From the human T2T-CHM13v2.0 reference genome, Homo sapiens, in assembly GCF_009914755.1 (NCBI RefSeq), contig NC_060934.1: 64,000 nucleotides of DNA; one strand, given 5' to 3'. The notes under the pieces are model-generated. The model made no database searches and was not told the origin of the DNA. It saw only the letters and a list, made by a program, of their open reading frames with translations. Below are positions 1-16,670 of the stretch, in pieces. Position 1 is the first letter of the stretch, and every line of letters starts with the position of its first letter. The position numbers and the translations under genes were made by a program.

Positions 1-307
1 ATGTCTGGGAAAAAGCCACAAAGAAGCAATGATTAGAATCAGCTCTACAAGAGCAGGAGTTTTCCTAGTATTGTTTTCTAAAATCTCAATGTTCTTCTCT
101 AGTTCTTGCAGCAATGTCTAGAATATAGTAGGTATGCTAATTAACACTGAACTGAATGAAAGAATGAATGAATAGTAGGTACGACCTCATGTGGATAGGA
201 ACGTGATGCCTTCCATAGACTGCTGATCCTCTCCCCAAAGATGGACAGCCCCTCCTCAGCTCCAGTGTCTGACACAGACTGAATGGTTAAGCCCGGTGCA
301 TTAAGTC

Positions 308-1343
<1,036 letters not shown>

Positions 1344-1638
1344 GGGCAATGTTAGGATGAGGACCTCTCTCTGCTGGTTCCATACTTCCTGGCAGAAAAA
1401 GTCAGCTAGGTTCATGCTCCTCTCAGTTTCGTAAAGGATAACAAAAGGGAGTGAGTTTCTGTTCATTTTGTAAATTCCAGCTCAGCCATCACCCTCTAGA
1501 AAGCCTTTCCTAGCCAAAACAAAGCCAATCAGAGCCTCTTCTGCTCTGCCCTTCTATGTTGTTTCTATTTATGATTTTTGTCATGTTATGCAACACGTTA
1601 TACAATGTGAAAAAAATGTCCGTTATTTAAATGTGTTT

Positions 1639-1959
1639 GGCCGGGCGTGGTGGCTCATGCCTGTAATCCCAGCACTTTGGGAGGCCGAGGCGGGCGGATC
1701 CCAAGGTCAGGACATCGAGACCATCTTGGCTAACACAGTGAAACTTCATCTCTACTAAAAATACAAAAAATTAGCTGGGTGTGGTGGCGGGCGCCTGTAG
1801 TCCCAGCTACTCAGGAGGCTGAGGCAGGAGAATGGCGTGAACCCGGGAGACAGAGCCTGCAGTGAGCCGAGATAGCACCACTGCAGTCCAGCCTGGGCAA
1901 GACAGCACCACTGCAGTCCAGCCTGGGCAAAACAGCAAGACTCCAACTAAAAAAAAAAA
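1639..1959 (+). mobile_element. AluY with an internal 30-nt tandem duplication
   Basis: AATGGCGTGAACCCGGGAG and GGCTAACACAGTG AluY diagnostics. Confidence 0.92.
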
Positions 1960-3155
1960 TGTATTTTATTTGTACTTTAAATGTAATTATTTAAATGTAT
2001 GTTTTTTGTTTACATGTCAGTCTCCTACACTTTACTAGCAGCTCCTCAAGAAGCTTGAACTCTTCAAGAGATGTCTTTAACTCTCTACATCTCCAGTGAT
2101 GCTGGTACAGGGCCTGGCACATACCCTTGCCAACTAACTCCTGCAATGGATGCGATGTGGATTTCAAAAGAGACTGCTCAGTGACATGCACAATTCACTA
2201 CGTGATTCAGTTACCGTAATTACTCTCCAAGTCAACCCTTTCACAAACGATCATGATAGAATTATGAATGAATAATGGAATTGGTATGATTTTACTTGTG
2301 TATCTACCACAGAGTTCAGTTAAATTAGCTTTTCTAAAAAGTGATTTGATTATAATCTCTAAAAAAAAATCTAAAAGGAATCAACCGTCCCATTTATCAC
2401 AGAAAAATCTCTTTAATAAAGAAAGCTCCAAGCTCCACATTCCAAGGGCTATTCTTTGATCTGCCAGTTTAGTGGTAGTTGGAAACGTTGCCAATGGAAG
2501 GAAATTGCTTTTCCAAGGGGGAAAACAAGAATAGTTCTGAACAGAATTTATTTGAAAAAAACGATATTTTATTTTGAAGCAAGAAAATAACTCCTTGTTT
2601 TTGATATTGCAGTTTCTGGCCTGAATGAATTGCGGAAATTCAGACAATGACAGGCTGTTTTGATGACATTATCAAATCACACTCCATAAAAATGGATCTT
2701 GAGAGTAAATCCAGTCAACTCTCCTAGCAGGGCCATACTCAAATCATTCTATAAGAATTTAAAATTGTAATTTTATATGCAAATCCATTATTTTTAGTTT
2801 TTAAGAAAAAGAAATTCCATAGTGCCCATGCCTATTTGGAATTACTCCAACGGGGAAAAAAAGGGAGGTAAATTTGTTTACAATTTATGTCAGGCACAGT
2901 GCTAAACGCTCTAGTACACATAATTTCAATCCTCAAAACTGCCTTTCACAGTAGGTACTATTATGTGATTTAAAGAAAAATTGACGAAATGATGAGGAAT
3001 CGGGGAGATTAGGAAATTTGTCTGACAGCAAAATTGGGTTAGAGTCCCCATACTGTCCGTCTCTAAACCTTATTACCTTTCTGTAAAGCCAGGAGAGCTC
3101 TCAAACAGTTTTGAATTCAGCTTTAGGACTGCTCTAGTCATTTTGGTCTCTCCCA

Positions 3156-3157
<2 letters not shown>

Positions 3158-3191
<34 letters not shown>

Positions 3192-3475
3192 GCGAAAGTA
3201 TCTCACTCTGTTGCCCAGGCTGGTGTGCAGTGATGCAATCACGACTGACTGCAGCTTATACCTTCTGGGTTCAGGGGATCCTTCCACCTCAGTCTCCCGA
3301 GAAGCTGGTACCGTAGGTGCACAGCACCACACCCAGATAATTGTTTTGTATTTTTTGTAGAGACGGGTTCTCACTATGTTGCCAGGGCTTGTCTCAAACT
3401 TCTGAGCTCAAGCAATCTGCCTACCTCTGCCTCCCAGTGTGCTGGGATTACAGACGTGAGTCACCGCACTCGGCC
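3158..3475 (-). mobile_element. AluJ
   Basis: Long poly-T, then a diverged Alu with the J-type GGGATCCTTCCACCTC motif. Confidence 0.88.
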
Positions 3476-4869
3476 GGCCAGGTCTCATTTTAGGAAAGGA
3501 GAATTAAACTGGAATTGACATTCCTTGCTATCTTTAGTCTTTCATGAACTCCTCTGATCCAGCTTCTGTGCCAATACTTTATTTAAATGGTTGTCATCCA
3601 GTGCAATGAGGCTGTTCTTCATCTTTCCCTTTCTTGGCCTCTACTTTACAATTCAATAGTATTGACCACCCATGCTTTGTAAAAGAATCCCCCTGCCCCT
3701 TGACTTCAGGGATACTACACTATTCCTGGTCTTCACATTTATCTTTTCATGACGCGTCTGTTCTTTTCCTGTGCCTTTTGCCTTCTCCAGTTGCCTCCCT
3801 GGGTACTTTTCCTGGAGCTGAGAGCCTGACTCTCTGAAAATCTATGCTGACTCCCTCTAAGAAAGCATCCTTTCTCCTGATGGAAGGAAGGCTCTTTGCT
3901 GTGTCCTCTCTATTCGTGGAGCTGTCTTCTCACCGGAGCCCCGTTCCATTCTCTGCCCACTGCAGTCTCACTTGTCTGTCTTGCTCTCACCAAACCACAC
4001 TGTTATTTTTCTGGCCTCCCAACCTTAGCCCCTTTCATAGTAAAAACAAAAGCATGTAACTAAGTGCTCAAATGGGTATTCCCTCCACAAATTTTCCTTC
4101 CTTTTCTTTTAAAATTATTTTCTCTAAAGTTTATTGCAATCCTAGAACTTAAGTTTCTCTTGCACCCCTCTTGCCATCACCGCCATGGCTGCACCCCTGA
4201 TCCAGGTCTAAGACTGACCTTCTCACCTAGGAGGGACCTCTCTCTGGAGCCCTCCCAGCCTCCTCTCCTTCCAGTTCCCACAGCTGCTGATTTCAGGTTA
4301 GTCTTCCCTAGCTACTGCTGTTGTCACCTCACTCATTGGAAAACCTTCAACCACTCCTTATTTTCACCCGCACAGAGTCTAAAGTCATTAGTTTGACTTT
4401 CAGGATCCTTTGTAATCTCGGTATTTCTCTATGTAGGCCATCTTATTTCTTGCTACTCTTTAGCACTATTCTGCTTCAACACAGCCAGCCTCTTTACGCT
4501 TTCGAGAACATGCACGTATCAATTCCTATGCCTTTTTGAAAATGTTCACCTTGCCTGAATTCTCTCCTGACCTGAGTAAGTTTTCCCTCGCTCTATCAAG
4601 TCATTCTTGATCACACGAGTTTCATGAACTTTCTTTCCTTCTAAGCTTGCACATTGCTTCAAGCCTGCATCGAATGCATTCATTAGCGCTTAAATGCTGA
4701 CTATCCTGAACTATGCATTCTTAATTTGCATGTGTCATCCCATAATTTTCTAATCAGACTTAAGCTCCTCATAAATACAAATCTTGCCATACTTTTTATT
4801 TTTCCCCTGAGAGTGCAGTAGTAAATACTGATTGATGCTACTTAACACTTGTAATCTGAACCTATATAA

Positions 4870-5245
<376 letters not shown>

Positions 5246-5707
5246 TTTATTTACTTTTAATGGGATTTCAGAACCATTTTAATATCTAAACATAATGTGA
5301 TAAGCAAATCTATAAGCCTAAGAAATAGACAAATTAAGAGGTGATTATTTGTGTCACTGACATTGTTTATTTTAGGATTTGCCAAAGGTCCTTTGAGTAT
5401 CTCTCTCCAGAAAACCGACCTTCCTATAGATCGTCTTTTGCAAGACATTGATGAATAGGAGATTTAAATGCTAATGTTGGAAGCCAGTCACACAAAATAT
5501 TTGAGTCACCCATATTAAAGATTAATTTGATATGAAGATAGAGCATCTATAATATTAAATGTAGCATCACTGAAGAAAAGGTCATTTTAAAAAGCAGTAG
5601 CACCTGTACTCAAAATTAGCAGGACTTCCTGTAACGATATAAACTGGAATACACTATATTAGAGTCTGGGATGAATAGACTCTGTTAAAAAAATAAAACA
5701 GCCTTAC

Positions 5708-5916
5708 CTTTACATAATCATAAAGGCATCTTTGCCTAGTACTTGCTGCCTCCAGAGCAAATGTATTGAAGGTGAGGTGAATTACTTTGTTTACAGGTGC
5801 AATTATGATCCATACACAGTTTAAATTCTTGTCATACATTCCATTCGAATCAGAATCAGGAGAGGCAAAGGTATTATTCGAGCCTGTCAGATAACCACCA
5901 CATCCTTGCTGAGGCC
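5708..5916 (-). CDS. CUBN: CUBN exon (probably 60), 209 nt, N-terminal part of CUB24: [36 protein letters not shown]...RCLYDYVK
   Basis: Acceptor TTTTAATGCAG|GG and donor AAG|GTAAGG; phase 1 to 0. Confidence 0.95.
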
Positions 5917-6040
5917 CTGCATTAAAACAAAGACATCACTATGCAGACCAAACAGAACCGACCTTACATTGTACATGGAGGGTTTTTAAAAAGAACATAG
6001 TTTCCATTTTCTGTCACACTCTGAGAACATGATCAGATCA

Positions 6041-7022
6041 TTCCCTCCTGGGCTCCCTCCTTTCCTCCCTCCCTCTTTTCTTTTCTTTCTTCCTTCCCCC
6101 CACCCGCCCCATCTCTCCCTCCTTCCCTCCCTCTATCTTTCCCTCCCTCACTCTATCTTTCCCTCCCTCCCTCTATCTTTCCTTCCCTCCATCTTTCCCT
6201 CCCTCCCTCTATCTTTCCCTCCCTCACTCTGTCTTTCCCTCCCTCACTCTCTTTCCCTCTCTCCCTCCATCTTTCCCTCCCTCCCTCTATATTTCCCTCC
6301 CTCACTCTGTCTTTCCCTCCCTCACTCTCTTTCCCTCTCTCCCTCTATCTTTCCCTCCCTCCATCTTTCCCTCCCTGACTCTATCTTTCCCTCCCTCCCT
6401 CTATCTTTCCCTCCCTCCATCTTTCCCTCCCTCAATCTTTCCCTCCCTCCCTCTATCTTTCCCTCCCTCCCTCTATCTTTGCCTCCCTCACTCTATCTTT
6501 CCCTCCCTCCCTCTATCTTTCCCTCCCTCCATCTTTCCCTCCCTCCATCATCTTTCCCTCCCTCCCTCTATCTTTCCCTCCCTCCCTCCATCTTTCCCTC
6601 CCTCCATCTTTCCCTCCCTCACTCTATCTTTCCCTCCCTCCCTCTATCTTTCCCTCCCTCCCTCCCTCTATCTTTCCCTTCCTCACTCTATCTTTCCCTC
6701 CCTCCATCTTTCCATCCCTCCCTCTATCTTTCCCTCCCTCCCTCCATCTTTCCCTTCCTCACTCTATCTTTCCCTCCCTCCATCTTTCCATCCCTCCCTC
6801 CATCTTTCCCTCCCTCCCTCTATCTTTCCCTCCCTCCCTCTATCTTTGCCTCCCTCACTCTATCTTTCCCTCCCTCCATCTTTCCCTCCCTCACTCTATC
6901 TTTCCATCCCTCCCTCTATCTTTCCCTCCCTCCCTCCCTCTATCTTTCCCTCCCTCACTCTATCTTTGCCTCCCTCAGTCTATCTTTCCCTTCCTCACTC
7001 TATCTTTGCCTCCCTCGCTCTT
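6041..7022. repeat. Polypyrimidine minisatellite of 16-24 nt units, core CTCTATCTTTCCCTCCCTC(A/C)
   Basis: Directly visible tandem units, almost no G on the + strand. Confidence 0.95.
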
Positions 7023-9371
7023 TGCTTCCATAGCAGAGCCTTCAGGTGTCTCCTTCTTATTCACGGAGTTGCTGAAAGAAGTGGGAAAACACATAGGGTT
7101 CTACAGACGTTTTTGGGATTGCTGATGTGATTTATTGAAGATTTTCCTGGCCTTGAAAAATCCAGTTTTATACAAAATCAAGTACTTTGCATAATAAAGC
7201 TGGTGGAAAATGTGCATATGTTTTACTTTTATGTTCCGCTTTCATGAACACTGTCAGACTGAAAACTGAATTTATGAAGAATTTACCCAACAAACCAAGA
7301 AAATTGCTGCCAACAAATCTTTTATTTACACAGTGTGATAGAAAGAGGCTGAGAGGCATTTAACACTGCAGTCCAGTTTATATTCAGCCACACTCTATAT
7401 TTAACTTTTTCTTTTCCAAAACATGAGAAGCTAAAGGAAAAAATCTTTATAGAAGAAAAAGGCCTTCTTTCAGATAAAAATTTTATAATTCAGAATAAAA
7501 ATACAAAGGAGAGATAAAGAATAATCTCAAGATGATTAAACGGTCTACCATAAAAGAATACAAAAAAACAATCCTCAGAACATAAGATTTAGTTTTGTCT
7601 ACTCCATGGCCTAAGCAGACAGCTCAGAAATGATTTAAGAAGAGCATAAAGGGATGAACAATTTATTGACAATTTTGAAAGAAATGGTGAAATAAGCTCA
7701 AAATAGCCCTAGTAGGAACAGGGATTAAACTGGTGCTGAAATTAATGTCTATAAAGCTTGTATTCTACACAAATATAGGTCATGGCTAGTTCCAAAGTTA
7801 AACTTCGCTGGGATTGGCCTTCAGTCTATTTTTCTCATTCCATTTTCTGCTCACGGTGAAAAGACTGCTTTCAACATTAGGGGGTGCTAAGATTTTGTAC
7901 TTGGACCTTGGCAGTAAACATGAACAATGGTGGCTCTCCTGAACCCTGTCTGTAAATCCAATGGATAGATAGCAAACGTGCAGGGTGATTTTTGTTACAG
8001 GCACATTACTTAGTAGGTCAGGCTTGGCCTGTCCATAGCTTCTAAGTCAGGCGAAACTATAGAGTATTTGCATAGTCAGACATTTCCCAAAGTTGAAATG
8101 CTTCCAAAGGCCCAGTCCCTGATATATTCACAGAGGTCATATAGGACAAAATTATTCTGAAACGTAAGCAATACGCAGTGCTTCACCACATGTTGCTAAT
8201 GATTCTGCTAATCTGAAATGGGCCTGCAAACTCAAGAGAGGGTTGGAGTTTGTGGAGTTTGAGCAGCTTTGATTCCAGTGTGAACTGACTGTTACTTAAG
8301 GAAACCACTTAAGCTTATTGGCATGCGTAGCACAGAAGAACGATGACTGAGGGTATGAATGGATTGATAAATTTATTTATTACATATTGTTTCAATATTC
8401 AAGAAAGTATATTTAGTATTTAAGTAGAAAAAGATAAGTGATAGTCCATTAGTAGTAAGACATAGATAAATAATGATGACGCAATTTAGAAAATGATAGG
8501 TTCAGTAAAAGAGGCAGAAACGTCTTACAGTTTTGCAAAAAGATGAAGATTACTTTGGGCTATGAGGATCTCAACTGTTCCAAGGAGGAGGTGATTTGGA
8601 TCTGGGTCTTGAAGCATAAATAGAATAAAACCATGTAGAAATGGAATTGGCATTGGCAATTCCAGCCTGAAAGAATCTCTTGATCCAAGGCTAAATGGGC
8701 AAGAATTTACATTATATGCATGGGCAAGCATAACTCTGAGAAAAGAATAGGGCACATGAAGGAGAATAATGAGAATTAGGATTGGGAAAACAGGATGGGG
8801 TCTTCTACAGAGGGCCTTCAATGCTGGATTATACAGAGTTTGGCTGTCAGACTGTGTTCTTTGGCTAATGGGATTCAGTTGAAAGATTTTTAATCAAATA
8901 AGTGGTAGAATCAGGATGCACTTGCTAATCAAGTCTGATCTAAAAATTGATCCAGAACCAGCATTTTACATGCAAGGGAACGAGACTGAAGGAGATGAGA
9001 CCAGGTGAAAGGACATTGCTGTGGTGAGGGCTGCAGGTAGGAGCACTGAAGAGTTGGAGGTAGGTAGACAGGAAAATGCTGTTGCTGGGCATTATTCTAT
9101 TAATCATCAGCTTCAAAAACTAAATGTTATTTTTAAACATTCAAGCTATATTTATCACTACTTGTTTATTAACTGTTACTAATAAGTTCATAAGGGCAAG
9201 ATGGCAATTGTACTTGGGCCCAGTGAATGCCATTACACACACTTATTATGTAGTACTACTGCTATGACTAATGCCATAAAGCAGCACACCCACATTCCAG
9301 GGAACCCCAGAACAAGCATCCTTAAATCACTGATGTGTTTGCCATGGATTGAGTGGTAAATTGGCTGATCC

Positions 9372-9601
9372 ATCCTCCCTCCTTTCCTTCCTTCCTTCCT
9401 TCCTTCCTCCCTCCCTCCCTCCCTTCCTCTCTTCCTCCCTCACTCCTTCTTTTTTCTTCCTTTCCTTTCCTTTTTTCTCTCTCTCTCTTTCTCTCTCTCT
9501 CTTTCTCTCTATCTCTCTTCCCCTCCCCTCCCCTCCTCTCTCCTCCCCTCCCCTCCCCTCCCTCCCTCCTTCCCTTCCTTCCTTCCTTCCTTCCTTTCTT
9601 C
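9372..9601. repeat. Compound (CCTT)n/(CCCT)n/(CT)n/(CCCCT)n microsatellite
   Basis: Directly visible. Confidence 0.95.
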
Positions 9602-9718
9602 TAGATGAGGACTTGCTATGATGCCCAGGCTGGTCTCGTATTCTTGGGGTCAAGCAAATCCTTCCACCTCAGCCTCTTGAATAGCTGGGATTACAGGTGC
9701 ATGCCACCATGCCCAGCT
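9602..9718 (-). mobile_element. Alu monomer (FLAM-like)
   Basis: Single ~115-nt Alu arm in reverse. Confidence 0.8.
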
Positions 9719-9734
9719 TAACTGGCTGATTTTT

Positions 9735-10163
9735 AATTCTTCAGTATCTCTCTTTGCACTGCACTAAAATGGAGAGTATATTTTTCTGTGCACTTGATGT
9801 TAGGCTTAGCCCTACGACTTGCTTTAGAATGAGTGTTAGTGGTCATGAAGCAGCCAGAGGCCTTAAACGTGCTTACGTTTTGTTCTTGTTTTTATTGTTG
9901 TCTAGGACTTTGTGCTCCTGTGATCCACTAAGATATCATGTGCTGAGTAACTGCTGGTTCAAAGAAAAAGTGGATTCATGTGGAGCAGACTTGAACCCAG
10001 ACTCAACTTTACAGCCAACTACAGCCAACCCGCAGCTTGGAACGGAGGCAGGCAAGCTAGTCCGTGGACCCATAAGTGATAAAAACAAATGCTTTCATTA
10101 TAAGACACTGAATTTTGGATGGTTTGTTAAGTAGCACTGTCATGGTAATAGCAGACTAATACA
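9735..10163 (+). mobile_element. MaLR LTR (MLT1 family)
   Basis: Typical 3' end ...AAGACACTGAATTTTGGATGGTTTGTTAAGTAGCA...GACTAATACA. Confidence 0.7.
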
Positions 10164-12029
10164 CACAACTAATATTAATAGCTTGTTTGAGCTATCAAAC
10201 TATAATAGAGCTCATTGTTCAATTCACAAAATATACACACAGAATAAAGAACATGGAGAAAAATATCATGAGATAATCCTGGCCAAAATAATCAAATATT
10301 TGAAGTGAATATCATATTACATGAGTGAACAGTTATTTGTGTAGTGCAGGGAATAGCAATTGCTCTAATTCCCCCTCTTTAGTGCTTAAATATAGCAAAA
10401 CTGCTCCATGCAAAATGAAATGTAAGTGTATATGTCTTTGAGAAAACGTAATGATCAATATTAACAAAAGAAGGGTTCTTTCCCAAAAGGAGCTATTGCC
10501 ACATTGCTCTTTCTGTGTTTCAATGGTGGGGGAATATAAACAAGGGCGACCTCTGTGACTATGCAATAGAGTCCCACGCATCAGAAAGTCATATATATTT
10601 ACCATACTGATATTTTGAAATTGCATTTTTTAATGTATAAGCCATCTTAACCTTGATATGTTTAGCATCACCAATCCATCATTTCCTCATTACTACACAT
10701 TTTGGGGCCACCTAGACAGCTCTCATCCATCAGCACCTGCCTCATCAATCAGGTGTGTTAGTCACTCTCTGATGACACACCCTGCGTCCAAGAACAAACG
10801 TCACTCTTTCTTCCCTGAATTGGAAATATCTCTCTCACACAAAAGAGCCATTTCTTCAGAGAAAATACATGTTTTGGCTAAAGAAATATTGGAAATATAA
10901 CCCCATAATAAGGAGTGAGATCCAGGTCTAAATCTACTTAATTAAAAATCGGTAACCGAATCCTGAATTATTACCTTCCAATGACTAAACCTCAGAGTGA
11001 AGCTTAAGCCAAGATCAATCTGATAAGGGAAAAAATAGTTACATTCTCTTGGATAAAACATCTCGAAGGCTTCAGTGGAGTTAGATACATTTTTAAATCA
11101 TTATTTGGAGAATTGACATTTTTGTGGCTCACATTCTATACGGCTGACATTTTCCTGAGGTTGTCTGGATAGTATCTCTGCCTGTCTCTGGTTGACCACT
11201 ACTGAGAAGGTGCACAGTGTGCTGTACGAGCAGATACAGACTGGCTTGACTTCAGGCCCTCTCCTGTTTCCAGCAAGCCATCTGTGGCTTTAGGCTGCAG
11301 CTGAAGGAAGCTTTACTGGAAACTACAGGAAGCAGAATACAAAGACATTTAAAGCTGGTGCCTTAGGGAAATTCGAGCACACCTAGACAGCTTCCTTTCT
11401 ACCACCCAGGGATGCAGGGCTAGAAATGCATTATCCTTTTTTGGAATCAGCCTTACTGTAATTTATAAAGCTGCAGATACACAATTGCTCCAAAGCAGTG
11501 TATTCATGTAAAAACATTCTACTAGGTTTCAGACGAACCTGTTTTGTCTTTTTCTCTAAAAGTAAACAGTGTTTATTATTTTACTCCCTAATCTCCAATG
11601 TGTACAATACTTCAGGTATAATATTTATGTTTTACAAGAAAAAAGTTAGTAGTTTTTGTAATGAGGTTTTTTATTGTTTTGTTTGTTTTTAGTTGCTTCA
11701 CTTAATTTGACTCACTTTAGTTATCCTAATTTGAAACCCAGCTTAATCTAAATTAAAATGTGTATTTAGTCTGGTAATATTTAGGAATCATAAAACTAAA
11801 AGAATGGTAATTTACTAAAAGAAAGGTAATTTCAGCAAGCTAATCAGTAGCTGTAGTTAATAGAAAAAGAGCAATACTTGTATAAAGAACTTAGGAGAAG
11901 GAAAATTTTATCGTTATCTTTTAATTTATCTTGCATTATTTAGATATCACTGAAAATGCTCTATGCATACATCATTAGCCCCAGGGCATTTTATGAGAAT
12001 CATTCTTTCCAACTTGGAAATTAAAAAAA

Positions 12030-13920
<1,891 letters not shown>

Positions 13921-13999
13921 ACAACAACAGCAACAATAACAGTACTCTACAATGAGATGACCAGGGGAGGGATGGGGGTCCCCAGTTATAGAAAGCAAT

Positions 14000-14970
14000 G
14001 GCTTCCTAATCAAAATAATACAAGCCAGAGCATGATGGAATAGCATCGTAAAGTCCTGAATGAAAATAAATGCCAAATTAGAACTCTATACTCAGAGCAA
14101 GAATCCCACAGAATTTAAGAAAATCAAGTCATTTTCGAAAAACAAAAACAAAGAACACTTTTTACCAGAAGATCTCCAATGAAAGAAACATAAAAGAGAG
14201 GTCTTCCAAAAGAAATACATTAATCCCATATGGAAGCATAGAATTTCAGGAAGAAAAGAAAAATAACAGCAAGGGTAATTTTACATTATTAGTAATTGTA
14301 TAAAACAATAAAAATGTTTTGTGTACCTATTATGTACGTAGAATTAAAATACTTGGCATAGATAGCACAAAAGACAGGAAGTGGGTAAGTGGGTTTAAAA
14401 TGTTCCAAGGTCCTTGGATTGATTATTGATTATAACATGATAAAAGTATCAACTTTAAATTAGATTCTAACATATTAAGGTTGAATACTGTAATCTCTAA
14501 GGTAACTACTGAAACAAGAGTCACAGGATGTATAAATAATAATTTTAAAAGGGGAGTAATAAAAAAGTGATTAATTTTAAAAAGAAAAGATAGTTAAAGG
14601 AAAACAAAAAGAAGTGGGACAAACAAAACACAAATAGTACAAAGGTCTATCTAAAACTAATATTGTTAGTAATTTTATCAGATATAAACACATTAAATTC
14701 TTCAATAGAAAGGCATAGCCAAACAAAAGCCAAATATATTCTTCAGGATAGAGACAAGTTGAAAATAAAAGGGTTTAAAAACATATCACGCAAATATGAA
14801 TCAAAAGAAAGCTATGGAAGTTATACTAAATCAGAACAAGTAGAAATTAAGGCAAAAAGCATTTAAAAACGTTGTTACATAATGGTATCAGTCAATCCAC
14901 TAGAAAGATATAATAATTATAAATGTACATGTGCCACATTATATGGCTTCAAAATAAAAAAGAGCAAAAC
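14000..14970 (+). mobile_element. Very old L1 (L1ME-like) ORF1/endonuclease remnant
   Basis: A-rich degenerate L1-like sequence (CAAATATGAATCAAAAGAAAGCT...AAATCAGAACAAGTAGA). Confidence 0.55.
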
Positions 14971-15613
14971 TCCAGCCAAGATGTTTCTACTGAGCTTCTA
15001 ACTCTCTTATCTGACTACCTACTGATCACTAGCTGGATATCCTAAAGGCATCAAATTCTCCAGACAAAACCCAACATTTTTATTATTTTATTCTGCAAAG
15101 CACTGTCCTCTCCTAGTAATTTTCTATTTGAATAGTGGTGTCACAAGACATTGTCCAGAAACCTTAGGAGCATTATTATTTCTTCTTCCCAAGCTGCTTC
15201 TCTCAAATGGAACACTGTGTTATTGATTCTATATCTTGAGGATTTCTCCTTTCAGTCTCTTTCTTTATTTTCATGGTACCACTGCTCTTATCATCCCATG
15301 CCTAAACTATTGCAATACTTTTCTAACTTTTTCCCTGGAATGCTGCTTCAAAACATCATCCCCACAGGTGCTGGGATGTGCTTTCTAAAATAAATCTGAC
15401 CAGATGATAGCACGCTCCAGCTCAAAACAATGACTGGCTCCTCTTTGCACATGATACAGAGCCCTCCATGCCTGGCCTTTGCATATCTCTCCTCTCTCAG
15501 CACCTATTGTTCTCTGCCTTATGCCCCAAAGCATTACCAATGTTCAGGTTAGCTGGCATCCATTGAAATGGGATGCACCTGTAACTTTGTGCATGTGTTT
15601 TATTTCTCCATAG

Positions 15614-15934
<321 letters not shown>

Positions 15935-16341
15935 AATGAATGCCTTCTTATCCTTCCAAAATAATACTATTTATAGCTAAAAATTCTCGCATGTGAAATG
16001 AGTGACAAGTATTTTCTAATTTAATCACTGAACCCTATAAGGTCATTATTATTAGTGTACTGTTTTTACAGATAAAAAAAAAAATCAAGACTCAGAGTGG
16101 ATAAGTAAATTGTCCAAGATCGACCTCAATGAGATGTACAAACTGAGTTTGAATCTGGGATGTGATGCTCCACGTTTACCCTCTTACCCACTGCACCATA
16201 ATTCAGGACTCACATTCTCTGAGGTGCATCCTCTAACAGTCCTGTGTCCTTTCTTCCACGGAACATCCAAGTACCATAGATCCCTTCTTTCTTGCTTCCA
16301 GTGCCCTTTTGCATACATTTCTGTTAAAAAGAATCCCTGGG

Positions 16342-16670
<329 letters not shown>

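Noticed and set aside
6041-7022. CRISPR-like or other repeat-spacer array
   Set aside because: Units are directly tandem with no unique spacers, in eukaryotic intron context; the same applies to 56340-56884
6029-7033. 334-aa + strand ORF rich in P/S/L/F
   Set aside because: Artefact of the C/T minisatellite, which cannot easily form stop codons; no domain or gene context
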